Source: Lama guanicoe (taxonomy: Eukaryota). Taken from it: a stretch of DNA of 64,000 nucleotides. This document shows, piece after piece, positions 24,384 to 36,027 of the stretch. Position 1 is the first letter of the stretch, and each line of letters begins with the position of its first letter. Under the pieces are notes generated by a model, which was not told the DNA's origin, searched no databases, and saw nothing but the letters and a program-made list of their open reading frames with translations. Location of the stretch: positions 3,805,922-3,869,921 of the forward strand of contig MU053482.1 in NCBI GenBank assembly GCA_013239625.1, written 5' to 3'. Both the position numbers and the translations under genes were made by a program.

Positions 24384-25597
24384 TGTACTCTCCCATTTTA
24401 AAAGCCAAAATCCAAAGAGCTTAAATTCTTCCACTGGGTGCCCATGTTGGGGGGTGGGTAGTGGGTGAGGGGTGGGGGTTAGGTGGGATGTGCCGTAATC
24501 TTTGCTCAGCCAATGGGATTGATTATTTTCATAGAGTCTGGAGCAAATGTTGCAAGGATAAGCTGGATTGGTGGGAGGTTGTTAGGGGCAACAGCAGCCT
24601 CCTGCTGACTGGGCCACTGTATGGAGTGTTGCTTGGGTTTTGGTGGCTTAGCTACCTTAGGTTCATAGCAGGTCTAGTTCAAGCCAGGTATTCCAGCTTG
24701 CCTTGATTCTGATCCTTCAATAGGAGCAGTAAATTCCCTTCTGCTTAATTTAGCCAGAGTCCTTTCTGTTGCTTGCAGCCGAGATCTCTGACTCAGCCTC
24801 TCCTCTGTAGTGCCTCCCACTATAGCATCATGGAGGAAATGAAGTGAACTCAGATCATACTCAAATTGGCAGCAGAGCTAGGAATTGGAGTCCTGAGTTT
24901 CTCTCTCCCAGGCAAGGACTCTTCCCTGCACATCTACAGTTTCCACCTCTGATCCACAACACAGTGCTGCTTAGAAAGGCATTTGCAGTACGAGTGTGTT
25001 AAACCTTTCTGAAATATGGTAGGGCACCCAAATATATAAATAACACCAAGCAGTAGGCATTCAAAGTTCACAGCTCTAAAATGCTACAATTCCATGACTA
25101 ATGTTTCTCTTTAAAAAGAAATTCAGTCCTTTTAGCAATTGCAGGCAGTTTTAAAAGTGGTAAAACTCACACTCTGCTTTTAGATATTTATTGTCAGCTT
25201 TTCATCTGTTTTAGAATTCAGACCTTGTTGCTATGGATAGTCATTTACTGTAAAGATATTGGTGGCTGGGGAGCAGAGGATCCCAAAGGAAAATGCTCTT
25301 ATATTCAAGTTGGTCCCTCTATTTTTCCCTATACAGCACCCCGCAACCCCTAGGATGCGGGCTGTGGAGGAAGTGAGGCAACCCAATAGCAAGGACTGAC
25401 AGAGGTATAACCAACCAGTCCACGCCCTGGAGGGGTGCACGCACACAGCGCAGCTGTCCCTTCTCCCCTGGTATGGTGCTCTTGGCTTCTGGGGACCCCT
25501 GGAATGTTAGAGCAGGAGGAGAATGAGCTCTGGTCTCAGCTCCTCCAGGGACTAGCTGTGTAACTTTGGGTTTTTTTTTTTTTAACTCTTTCAGTCT

Positions 25598-26617
25598 TGA
25601 ATCAGTTTCCTGTTACTGCTGTAACAAATTTCTACAAACCCCATGGCTTAAACCAATACAAGCTTATTATTTTATAATTTTGGAGGTTAGAAGTCTGAAA
25701 TGGATCTTACAGGGCTAAAATCAAAGGCTGTGTACCTTCTGCAGGCGCTAGGGGAGCATCTACTTCTTGCCTTTTCCCGCTTTTAGAGACTGCTTGCATC
25801 CTTGGCTCCCAGGCACATCGCTCTTATCCCTGCTTCCACCACCACGTCTCCTTTTCTGACTCTGATGATCCTGCCTCTTTCTTTCAAGGACACTTCTGAT
25901 TACACTGGGCTCACCTGGATAACCCACAATACATGCCACATCTAGATCCTACCTTAATCACACACACAAAGTCCCTCTTATCAGGTAAGAACATATTCAT
26001 AGATTCTGGGGATTAGGGCATGCACATCTTTGGGGGGGGGTCTACCATCATATTTATTTATACTGTTCAGCCCACCATAATATCATTAATAAAGCATTAA
26101 TAAAATACAGTTCAGATAAATAGAAGAAAAATACAACTCATGGTTCAACTATGGAAAGATAAACATAATGAATGCGCGTCCATCTTTTTTAAAGGAAGTT
26201 TTTACATAGTTACAATCATACTGTCTATACAATTTGAAATCCTGGTTTTTCACTAGATATTATTATATCATAATCTATTTTCCACATTAGTACATTGTCT
26301 GAGCAAACATTTTTATTGATTACATGATCCACTGAGTGGATATATACCATACTTGAACATTTTCTTATTTTTGGAAATTTGTTTTAATTGCTTAAAATAA
26401 ATAGCTCTGTGACAAAAATATTCTGGCTCATTAGGATTTTAATGTTTGTTCTTATAAATTTTTTCCCCTGGAATAGACTCCCAGATACGGAATTATTTAA
26501 TCAAAGCCTTTTTATGGCAAACGTTTTTCAAAAGTTTTATATGAATTTTCAAAACCACCAGACTCTAGGGATTAAGATGCAGACATCTTTGGAGGTGTCA
26601 TCATTGTGACAACCACG
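25598..26617 (-). mobile_element. MaLR LTR (MLT1D-like), copy B, inserted in a MIR and carrying an internal duplicated segment
   Basis: Starts tgaatcagtttcctgttactgctgtaac; LTR end occurs twice (~26005-26079 and ~26562-26617); outer TSD agtct (25593-25597) / agcct (26618-26622); MIR-like sequence on both outer flanks. Confidence 0.8.
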
Positions 26618-26964
26618 AGCCTCACGAGCCTCTTTTCACGTTTTCTGGGAATAGTAATCAGGACTTCACAGGCAGCTGAGAAGATCAAAGGCACTCGTCT
26701 CTCTGAAGAGAGCTGAGTAAAGAGTAAGGACTGGAACAGCTGGTAGTTCTTGTTCTCATGACCAAACTCACCAGGGTGGGGCGGGGTTGGGAAGAGGGGC
26801 TTGAACTCCTGGCTCAGCTGTACCTCCCTATGCTCCCTGTACTGGGTGCGCGCGTGCACGAGTGTGTGCGTGCGTGAACGCAGGGCCAAGAGTGGGGACA
26901 GTCTGCGACTCAGCAGCTCCTTTCCTTCAGAAAGACCCAGCAAACCTATGAGCAAATGTCTAGA

Positions 26965-27138
26965 ACAGTCGATTGTAACCCTCACTGTGCGTTGGAATCA
27001 CCTCACGAGCTTCTAAAAAGCACAGATTCCCTGAGTTCCATCCCCTGGAGGTGGCGGTTCCGTCAGTCCTGGGCGGAACCCAAGCATTTCGTTTTGTCCA
27101 AGCTCCCCAAGTTATTCTGATGTTCTGGAAACCACTGA
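26965..27138. mobile_element. MER5-like hAT MITE
   Basis: gttggaatcacct...cacagattccctgag...aagctccccaagttattctgatg...aaccactg. Confidence 0.65.
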
Positions 27139-27402
27139 TCTGGACCAATGCATGTAGAACATGGGAAAAGATCCCAGCTGGTGTGGAAAGCCGGGACAGG
27201 CTGATGGCAAAGGCAAAGGTTTTAGTTAAGCATCTTCATTTAAGAAGACAAGGCCCTTACCTCTCCCTGCTGCTCCGCTCTCTGGCCCCAGTTAACCCAG
27301 AAAAATTGTCCCCCAGGGAGCCAGTTGGGAGGCTCCGAGTTTAATGGGACAGTCACAAGGGTTTGCTCTGTTCCAGCAGGTGCTCTTCCCTCAGGCCACA
27401 GT

Positions 27403-27563
27403 GAGGCGGGGCGGGGCCTCTGAGCTGTCTGGGCTCTGCAGGGGGGATGCACATCCTTCAGCATCTCCTGTTTCCAGTGGGAGGAGTGGGTGGTGGAGGG
27501 GGTGCAAGCAGAGGCCTCCTTGAGACATGCCCCGCCTCAAACCACCCAGGAAGGAGGCGGGGC
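27403..27563. promoter_or_regulatory. Cluster of GC boxes (Sp/KLF-type) in unique sequence
   Basis: gaggcggggcggggcc 27403-27418, gccccgcctc 27529-27538, gaggcggggc 27554-27563. Confidence 0.35.
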
Positions 27564-27889
27564 AGCAGCCAGACCCTTAATTAGTTGGGGCCAAGTAAGC
27601 TAGGCAGCGAGAGGGCACCTTTTCCAGAACTTCTGGTAATGAGATGAGCAGCCTCCTTTGATTTGGGAAAAAGAGGCCTCCTGTTTGTTGATTGTCTGGT
27701 TTCTAGACTTGAAGCAACGTCTTTGGGGCTTCAAGTGCCATAGGTGTGTGGAATCTGCCAGACTGAGGGATTTTAAGACTTACTGGGTTCTGTCCTGCAG
27801 ACAATGCTCACTTCACTCACAAGCTCATTTTTATGTGAGGTGTATACCCACGCCCATATATACATACACTTATATATATATAAATTTAT

Positions 27890-28100
27890 ATATATTTAGT
27901 GCTTATTGTGTGTCATGGACTGTGCTTGCCACTTATCCTACTTACATGCATTATCTCACTTATTCCTCACAACAATCCTAGGAAGCAGGTACTATTATTT
28001 TCCCATTTTACAGATGAAGATGAAGCAACTTAGTTTGGTTATAAAATTTGCCCAGCATTATTGGTGAATGCTGAGCCCAGAACTTGTTGTCTGACGACCA
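27890..28100 (-). mobile_element. MIR SINE
   Basis: attcctcacaacaatcctagg...cccattttacagatga. Confidence 0.8.
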
Positions 28101-28209
28101 TGCCTTTTACCAACAGATGGGGTATGAGGAAGATCAGTGGGGGAGGGAGGAGCAGGGGTGCCCTCTCTTGGGGATCCACACCTCCTGCTCATTGCCCCAC
28201 TGGAATTCA

Positions 28210-28350
28210 CTTATAAAACACAAGCTGAAAGATCAAATTATCAAGAATTTCAAGATGGCAAGGACTGAGTATTAAACTAGACACACAGGGTCATGAATGT
28301 GAGGCCCTATGTGACTATACATGTAACACACTTTTGAAGCCAGCGCTGGT
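28210..28350. mobile_element. hAT-Tip100-type (MER91-like) fragment
   Basis: aagaatttcaagatggc...ggccctatgtgactatacatg...tgaagccagcgctg. Confidence 0.5.
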
Positions 28351-28369
28351 TCAACTGACCCTACCCATC

Positions 28370-29300
28370 CAGAAGAAAATGGAGAGAACTTTAACTCCTT
28401 CCACATACTAAAATCAATTCCAGATGGATTCAGCATTTAAATGTAAAAGATGGACAAGACAATACAAGAACAAAATTTAGGACAACATCCTTATAAAATG
28501 GTGGCTTGGGAGATCTTAAACCAAGACAATAAATGCAGATGCTATAATGAAAAAAATTCATATTTACTTGCATAAACTTTAGAAAATTATGTGGGGAAAT
28601 ATTTCATTAAGGAAGACAAAAGACGATTGACAGACTGGGAAAAAGCTGCAGCATATAAAACAGATAAAGGATTAATGTTTAAAACATTTAAATACCTCTA
28701 CAAACTGATAAATATCCCAGTTGGAAAATAGGCAAAGGATATAAATAGATAATTCATCCAAGAAGAAATCTAAATACAATGTGAAAGATGTTAGGGAAAT
28801 GCAAATCAAAGGGACAATGAGATAATACCTCAAGCACCATGCTGGGAAAAAAACAGAGGGAATACTTAGCAGAGGCTTTTTGCTGGGTAAAGGGCACTCA
28901 TATTACTGGTAGAATTGTGAATTGTTAAAAGCACTTACAGAAGGAAAAAAAAACATGCTCATGATGCAACAATTTCATTTCTGGAGATCTATCCTGTAGA
29001 AATGAGAAGCCCAAGAAATAAGATTGTGTCTACAAGTGTGTTTATGGCAGCATTCTTGTTGTGGTAAGAAACAACAATGATAAAACAAAGCTACAAATAA
29101 GAATAACCTAAATATCCATCAGTCTAGGGATTGTTGACCAAATTGTCACATACTCATAACTGAATCATTATGCAGCCTAGAAAAAAGTGAGTTCTCTCTG
29201 TGCCAGTTGACCTAGAGAGATTCAGATAGGTGAGAAAAGCATGATGTAGAGACGGGTATGTTGTAAAATCACATTTTCTTTGTGTGTGCAGAATAATGCT
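28370..29300 (+). mobile_element. Ancient L1ME-like ORF2/3' remnant
   Basis: aaaatcaattccagatggatt, acagactgggaaaa, gggaaatgcaaatcaaa, acctaaatatccatcag motifs in L1 order. Confidence 0.8.
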
Positions 29301-29756
29301 GACATCCCCAAACTCTGTGTGTGTGTGTCTGTGTAATTGCATCAAGGTGTGATAGTAAAGTGTGAAGACACACATCAGCTTTTGAACCTTGATTCTGCTA
29401 GGAGTTGGGTAGGAGGAGGGTAAGTGGAACGGTAGGATGGAGGCTGTTTCGGCGAGAAGAGGTGAGTCTGAACTCTGGAATGTAGATGACTGCACGGTGC
29501 AGAACCCTTCAGTGAAAGCTTACTCACTTGAGCTGGACTTTGGCTGTTGCTTTGATTCCCGACACCTGTGTTTCTGAGTCAGTAACAGTTGTAAAAATAA
29601 TTTAGTTTCAAGGATGTAGGAGTCCCAGAAGCAAATAAGCTGAAAAACTAGGGATACTTTTAGAGGAATCTGACTAACGTTAGATTTCTTCTCTGAAACA
29701 ATAACTTTGAGAAGTCAGTGGTAGAATGCCTACACAAATAGAGAACTCTTACCTAA

Positions 29757-30091
29757 TGCTATAAACTGCATGTGGGTCCTCCACCCCCAATTCATATATT
29801 GAAACCTAATCCTCAGTGTGGTGGTATTTGGAGGTGGGACCTTTGGAAGGTACTTAGGTCCTGAGAGTGGAGCCCTCAAGAATGAGATTTGTGCCCTTAT
29901 AAGGAGATCCCAGAGAGCTCCCTCCCACCTTCTACCATGTGAGGGTGTATGAACAAGGAAGTGAGCCCTCACCAGACATGGAATCTTGATCTTGGACTTC
30001 CTACCTCCAGAGCTGTGAGAAATAAATTTCTGTTGTTTATAAGCCACCCTGTCTATGATATTTTATTATAGCAACCCGAAGAACTAAGACA
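29757..30091 (+). mobile_element. MaLR solo LTR (MLT1A-like)
   Basis: tgctataaactgcatgtg...gcccttataagg...aataaatttctgttg...aactaagaca. Confidence 0.9.
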
Positions 30092-30439
30092 CCCAGCCAC
30101 GTTGTCATCAATCCACGACAACATTCCCTGATCTCCAAAGGCTAAGAAAAGGTACCACTTGAGTGCCTTTTCTATAAAAATGACTCCAAAATTTTTTCCA
30201 AATTACATAAAAATGAATCAAAACAAAAATGTAAGATGGGGAATTTGGGAGTGGAAAGCAGCGGCAGCAAACACACTAACCAGTTAGACACACAAAGTTA
30301 ACAAAAACTTCTAACCGCTAACGAGAGAGGGTCTGATACAGGTAAGTGTAAACAGTAGCTACCATGGCGACAAAAACATACAACTTTAAATATTTACTTA
30401 CTGATTTGTAACAGCATTTTCAAGTGGTAAGAGAAAACA

Positions 30440-31040
30440 AGCTCATTGTAATTAATTTTAAAATGCAGAAAAATTTATAAATATTTATATCTCATCATCC
30501 AGAGAGATTGCTGTTAATGTTTTTGTGAGTTTTTCTTTCTCTGTCTCCCCTCTGTGTTTAAAAAATGGAATTTTATGACATATGCAGTGTAATATTCTGT
30601 TTGACTTACTTTTTAATATATGATGAATATTTGCTCAGTTCATTAAAGATTCTTTGAAAAGGTGACTTTTAGGGGCTTTCTGATATTTTATTGTAAGGAG
30701 TATCATAAGTTATTTAATCATTTCTCACTGGGCAACATTTAGATTGTTTCTAGTTTTCAGGTATGTTAAAGAAAAATTCTGCTACAGACTGCCTTATTAT
30801 TTTTAACTGCCGAGCTAATAATTTCCTTTACCTAGATGCTGAGAAGTGGATTTACTGGGTCAAGAGGTATAAACTATTTTTAAGCCTCTCAATGCCTGTT
30901 GCCAAATAATTTTCCAGAAAGCTAGCTCCAATTTGTTCTCCTGCTAGCAGTGCATGACAGTGCTCATCTCCATATACCCTTCAACGTCAGAGTGAGAAAT
31001 GAAAGCTTTGCCAATTTGATAGGTAAAATGTACCATTTCT
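30440..31040 (-). mobile_element. Ancient L1ME-like fragment
   Basis: acatttagattgtttc, gaagtggatttactgggtcaagagg, gccaaataattttccagaaag motifs. Confidence 0.7.
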
Positions 31041-31170
31041 TCAAAAATTTTTTTCTTTTTTAAAGCTCTATATAATTTATTTTTTCCTTTAAAATTAATA
31101 TTGTGGATAATCTGGAAAACATTGAAAAACATGGGGAAGAAAATAAGAAAAATTATATATATGTTAATTT

Positions 31171-31875
31171 TTTATTGAAGTATAGTTTACAATGTGTTAG
31201 TTTCAGGTTTACAGTGTAGTGATTCAGTTATTCTTTTCATATTCTTTTTCATTATAGGCTATTACAGGGTACTGAATATAGTTCCCTGTGTTACACAGTA
31301 AGACTTTGTTGTTTATCTGTTTAATATATAGTAGTTAGTATCTGCAAATCCCGAACTCCCACTTTAGCCCTCTACCCACTCCTTTTCCTCCTGGTAACCG
31401 TAAGTTTGTTTTCTATGTCTGTGAGTCTGTTTTTGCTTTGTAAGTAAGTTCATTTGTGCCTTTTTTTTAAGATTCCACATATAATTGATATCATATGGTA
31501 TTTTTATTTTTCTTTCTGACTTACTTTACTTAGTATGACAATCTCCAGGTCCATCCATGTTGCTGCAAATGCATTATTTTATTCTTTTTTATGGCTGAGT
31601 AGTATTCAATTATATATACACATACACTACAACTTCTTTATCCAGTCATCTATCAATGGGCATTTAGGTTGCTTCCATGTCTTGGCTATTGTAAATAGTG
31701 CTTCTATGAATATTGGGGTGCATGTAACTTTTCAAATTAGTTTCCTCCAGATGTATGCTCAGGAGTGGGATTGCTGGATCAGAGGGTAAGTCTATTTTCA
31801 GTTTTTTAAGGAATAACCATACTGTTTTCCATAATGGCTGCACCAATTTACATTCCCACCGACACTGTAGGAGAC
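31171..31875 (-). mobile_element. LINE-1 3' end
   Basis: Antisense L1 3'UTR; ORF 31664-31846(-) [28 protein letters not shown] is the ORF2 C-terminus; TSD-like atatatgttaattt / atgtatattacttt. Confidence 0.93.
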
Positions 31876-33499
31876 ATGTATATTACTTTCGAAAATATAG
31901 AGCATTTTCATACAGTTTTCGTTGAGTCCTCTAAACAACTTCATGAAGTACAGCTGTTAGTGTTGCTCCCACTTTGCAGTTATTCCCACTGCGGATCAGA
32001 GAGGTTAAGTGAGTGGCTTACATCACACAGCTAGTGAGATGTTGTGCTGGGCACTAAATCAAGCCTTTCAACAATCTCACGCTTTCGCCACTCTACTAGC
32101 TGCCCCTGGAGAGGCTGCAGATGAGAGTAGACGTGCACCTAATACATTCCTGGTCACTAAGAGCAGGGAATGCTTTGTCAGGTCCTGGGAGACTTAGTCG
32201 GGGTCTGGAAGCAGTGGAAAGAAAACCTAGGACCAGAAGTCCGGAGCCCTGTGTCCTAGTCCCAGCTTGCCCATGGATTTGATGTGTGACATGGAAGTCA
32301 TGCCTCCTTTCTAAATCTCAGTTTCACAGTTTTATAAATAAGGCTCTCCACGGGATGGTCTCACAGGTGGTGACTCTAGGAGACAAAGCCTGGGTTCTAA
32401 AGAGGTTGGCAGAAAAGATGGGCACAGGTGCTGCAGAATCTTCGATGTTCAGCTCAGCCTGATCCATGTCTACTATGGACCTCGAGCGGCAGGGTCTCCA
32501 TTCTGCATGCGTCTGGGAGAGGCTGCTTCCTGGACCACGTACAAGGAACCCAGGTACTGGGAATGGCAGAACAAACTTCCCCTCTGTGTCGTGACCCATA
32601 GTAGAGGTCGGCGAGGATCACCCTCAGGTGGTGCAGGGGCCCTGGCAGCCCTTCCAATTGGTGTACCCCTCTGGGATCCTCTCAGTTTTGCTTCCAAAAT
32701 GAGTGTTTGGAAGGACATGGGCTAGATCACAAGAGGTTGGCCCTGGTGGGCTCATAAGCTGCCTCTGTATTCATAAAAATCTTCTGATTTCTAGCAGAAG
32801 ACCCAGGCTGGGGAGATGAAGCTTGGGCCCTCCAAACATGCCTGTTTGGAAGATCCTTGGAATCTGCTGGAGGGAGTCGCTTACACTTTCCAGATCACTT
32901 GGGCAACAAATCTGTTGTTACCTCCACTTGTGGTTTTTCTCTCTGCTTCCTCCAAATACATGGCTTAGATTCTCTGGCCTCCTTTAGAGTCCTGGTTTCT
33001 TGATCCCAGGTGCTGGCAGGCTCTGGCCCTGGCCCTGCATCCTCTTCACGCCCTGGACAAGCTCCCTCCTCTCAGTCTGGACATCTCTTCCCTCTCTCCC
33101 ACTAGACTCTCAGCTTAGGACAGATCCACCAGGTTAGAGAAAGAAACAAACTCAGGACAGCACGCTGAGGACACCTCCTTTCGCTCCTGCCTTATAGTTC
33201 ACACCAGGTCTTGACAATCTGCATTTCATTTTAGCTTTCTCCTTGTGGTTGTAACTTTAATTACAGAGGAACAAGTTTGTGATCTATATCCTCAGAAGAC
33301 AGTCTTGGCAATGAAATCAGCACTTAGGACGGTCTGAGATACTACATCTGGGGTTTTGGTTAGTCCTGGCTGTATACAGAGACAAAGCATGGCAGCTATT
33401 AGGGGCTGGTGTATATTTAAGATGTATAAGGCTAGGGATCCAGGAATTCCCACATACTAGCACTTGAAATTCCTAAGGGAACCTGTATGCATAAGATAG

Positions 33500-33980
33500 T
33501 ACTCTGCAAACACTCATTCATCAGACAAATATTTACTGAACACTGTTCCACGTCGAGCACTGTGTTGGCATGCAGTAGTGAAGAACAGACAAAAACTCTT
33601 GCTCTCATAGAGCTTAGGTCATGGAGGGAGCAGAGATAGCACACAAGAGGATGGGAGGCAGCTAGGGGACCAGGCAGGAGGGTGAGGGGCACGGTCTGCA
33701 TAACCCCAGAGGCAGACTGTCTGCATTTCACAATCACGTGATAACCAGACTGACTGGCTCTGCGGTAGTGTCATCTGGAAAGATGGCTGTTGTTTTCACA
33801 TCTAAGATTCTTTTTAATCATAGCACCCAGCACGGAAGATGTCCTCTCTGCCAGGCACTGTGCATGATCACTCCCATTTTACAGATAAAGAAACTGAGGC
33901 CCAGCAAGGTTAAATTATATGTCCAATGTCACAGAGCTAGAACGTCCATCTGACTCTAAAGATGTGCTCTGAAACACTGC
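33500..33980 (-). mobile_element. L2 3' end and MIR fragments
   Basis: cattcatcagacaaatatttactgaacac (L2); cccattttacagataaagaaactgaggccc (MIR). Confidence 0.75.
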
Positions 33981-35507
33981 CTGGTACTGCCTCTACCCGT
34001 CTCTGAATGGGAACACTTGGCCCTGGAGGGGTGCCACTAGGCCCACGCAGGAAAATGGAGGCAAAACCAAGTAAAGAGGATGACATGGAATTGGCTTACC
34101 TGTCATTTGGAGTTTTATTTAACTTACTCTTTTCTGCACCAAGGCTACCAAATAAAGACTATTTATAAAACAGAAGAATTCTCTTCAGAAGCAGCTGGTG
34201 ACAGGGACTGGTTGCTAGGCGTTGCTAGGACAGCTTAGCTGGGAGAGTGGCAGTGAAGTAATTAAGCAGGTATTTAAGTGACCTCAGCAGACTTTCCCCA
34301 GAATAGGCAGTGCCCTACACGAAGGGAGGTGACTAGATTCCTTCTTTCCTCCTAAAGACAAAGCAGACAGGAAGCCTCTTGAAGATGCGTAGAAATGTGC
34401 TGTGGTCTGGGTGGTGAGCTCTTCTTCATCTCCCCTAGACTAGCTGGGGCTGGCCAGGGTGAGGCAAGGTGTCCAAGGGTGGATGTGGGCAGATACCAGC
34501 AAGGACAAGGCACGACAGAGGCCTGGGAACGGGCTGCGAGTCCGGGCAGGAGCCAGAAGCCAGAAGCCAGGATCAGAGCTGACAGAAACCAGGAAAGAAT
34601 GGGCAAAATAGTAGGGGAAAACCCCCAAACGAGCCACCCGTATCAGGTATGAGGAATCTCCAGAATTTACGAGATGGAAGGAAGTAACTGATGGGGCTAG
34701 GAAGGGGTTCTAAGCTGTGATATCAACCCTCCTACTCCTGGTCTTAATAGCAACATTTTTTGAGCAAAATGTCAGGCCCTGGATTAAGAGGTTATGTAGA
34801 TTTCATGTAATCCTATTGGAGATCGGTAGTATTATGCTCCCATTTGACAGAGGAGGAACCCAAGTATTACTTATTTTGTACAAGGTCAATCAGGTAGGCA
34901 ACAGTGGATTCTGGAGTCAAACTCATTCCTGTCTAGCTCTGAAACAGAGAACTTTAACCATTCTGCTAATTTGTAGTCACACTGCTGATGGGGATTGCCA
35001 CGCCCAGCTTGCTTTGAAAACACTGAGGGACCTCTGACACTGCCTGTCCTGCGTTGGCTCAGGACCTGGCATGGGCCAGAGTCTGCAGGTGTCAGCAGCA
35101 GTGTGGCCAGGTGCTTTGGTATCTGGGGGAAGCCCAGTGTACAAGGAGCGAGGCAGGGGGCCAAGCACATGTGTATGTGTACAGCTGATGAGCACAGTGA
35201 ACTCCGTGAGAGGTAAGACAGTACCTGGAGGATGCACTGAGGAAGGAGGGCATGAGTAATGGGTGGCCTGAGGCACGTTCTTGACATTTTCCTTCAGTTC
35301 TTCTGTTTCTTTCTCCAGCAAGCTGTGTAGTTCCAGGGATCTGGCTAGCTTCTTGAAGGCCTGAGCACACTTCTGATCCCCTCAGCCTCACTTTGTAGTG
35401 GCTTTGGAGTCTTGCTGGGGAGGCTGCAGTCATTTTGGTCTTTGAATATTTGGAAGAAAAATTTTTTTCCTGTAAATATGTGATGAGAGTCAAGAGAAGC
35501 CACAGAG

Positions 35508-36027
35508 TGTATTAGTTCACTATTGCTTCATGGCAGATTACCCCCAAAATTTAGCAGCTTGAAGCAACAAACATTTATTGTATCACACAATTTCTGAGAG
35601 TCAGGCGATTGGGAATGGCTTTGCTTGGTGGTTCTGGCTCAGGGTCTCTCCCAACGTTACACTCACGAAGTCAGCTAGGGCTGTGGTCTCATCTGAAGGC
35701 TCGTCTGGGGCTGGCGATCCACTTTCAGGATAGTTTACTCACATGGCTGTTGGCAAGAGGCCTCAGTTTCCCTCTATAGGGCTGCATGAGTCTTATATAG
35801 CATTGCTTCTTGTAATGGCAACTGGGCTTCCCCAGAGTGAGTGATTGGAGAGGGAGACAGTGAGAGTGGAATGCACTTTTTGATCTAGTCTGAGAAGTGA
35901 CACACCATCTATTTGTTCAAAATGAGTCACTATGTCTAAGGGGAGGAGAATTAATCTACACTTCTTGAGTGGAGAAGTATCCAAAAAAAAAAACAAAAAC
36001 CTGGCACATATTTTGGAAACTACCACA
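35508..36027 (-). mobile_element. MaLR solo LTR (MLT1F/G/H group)
   Basis: tgtattagttcactattgc...ggttctggctcagggtctctc...ttttggaaactaccaca. Confidence 0.85.
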
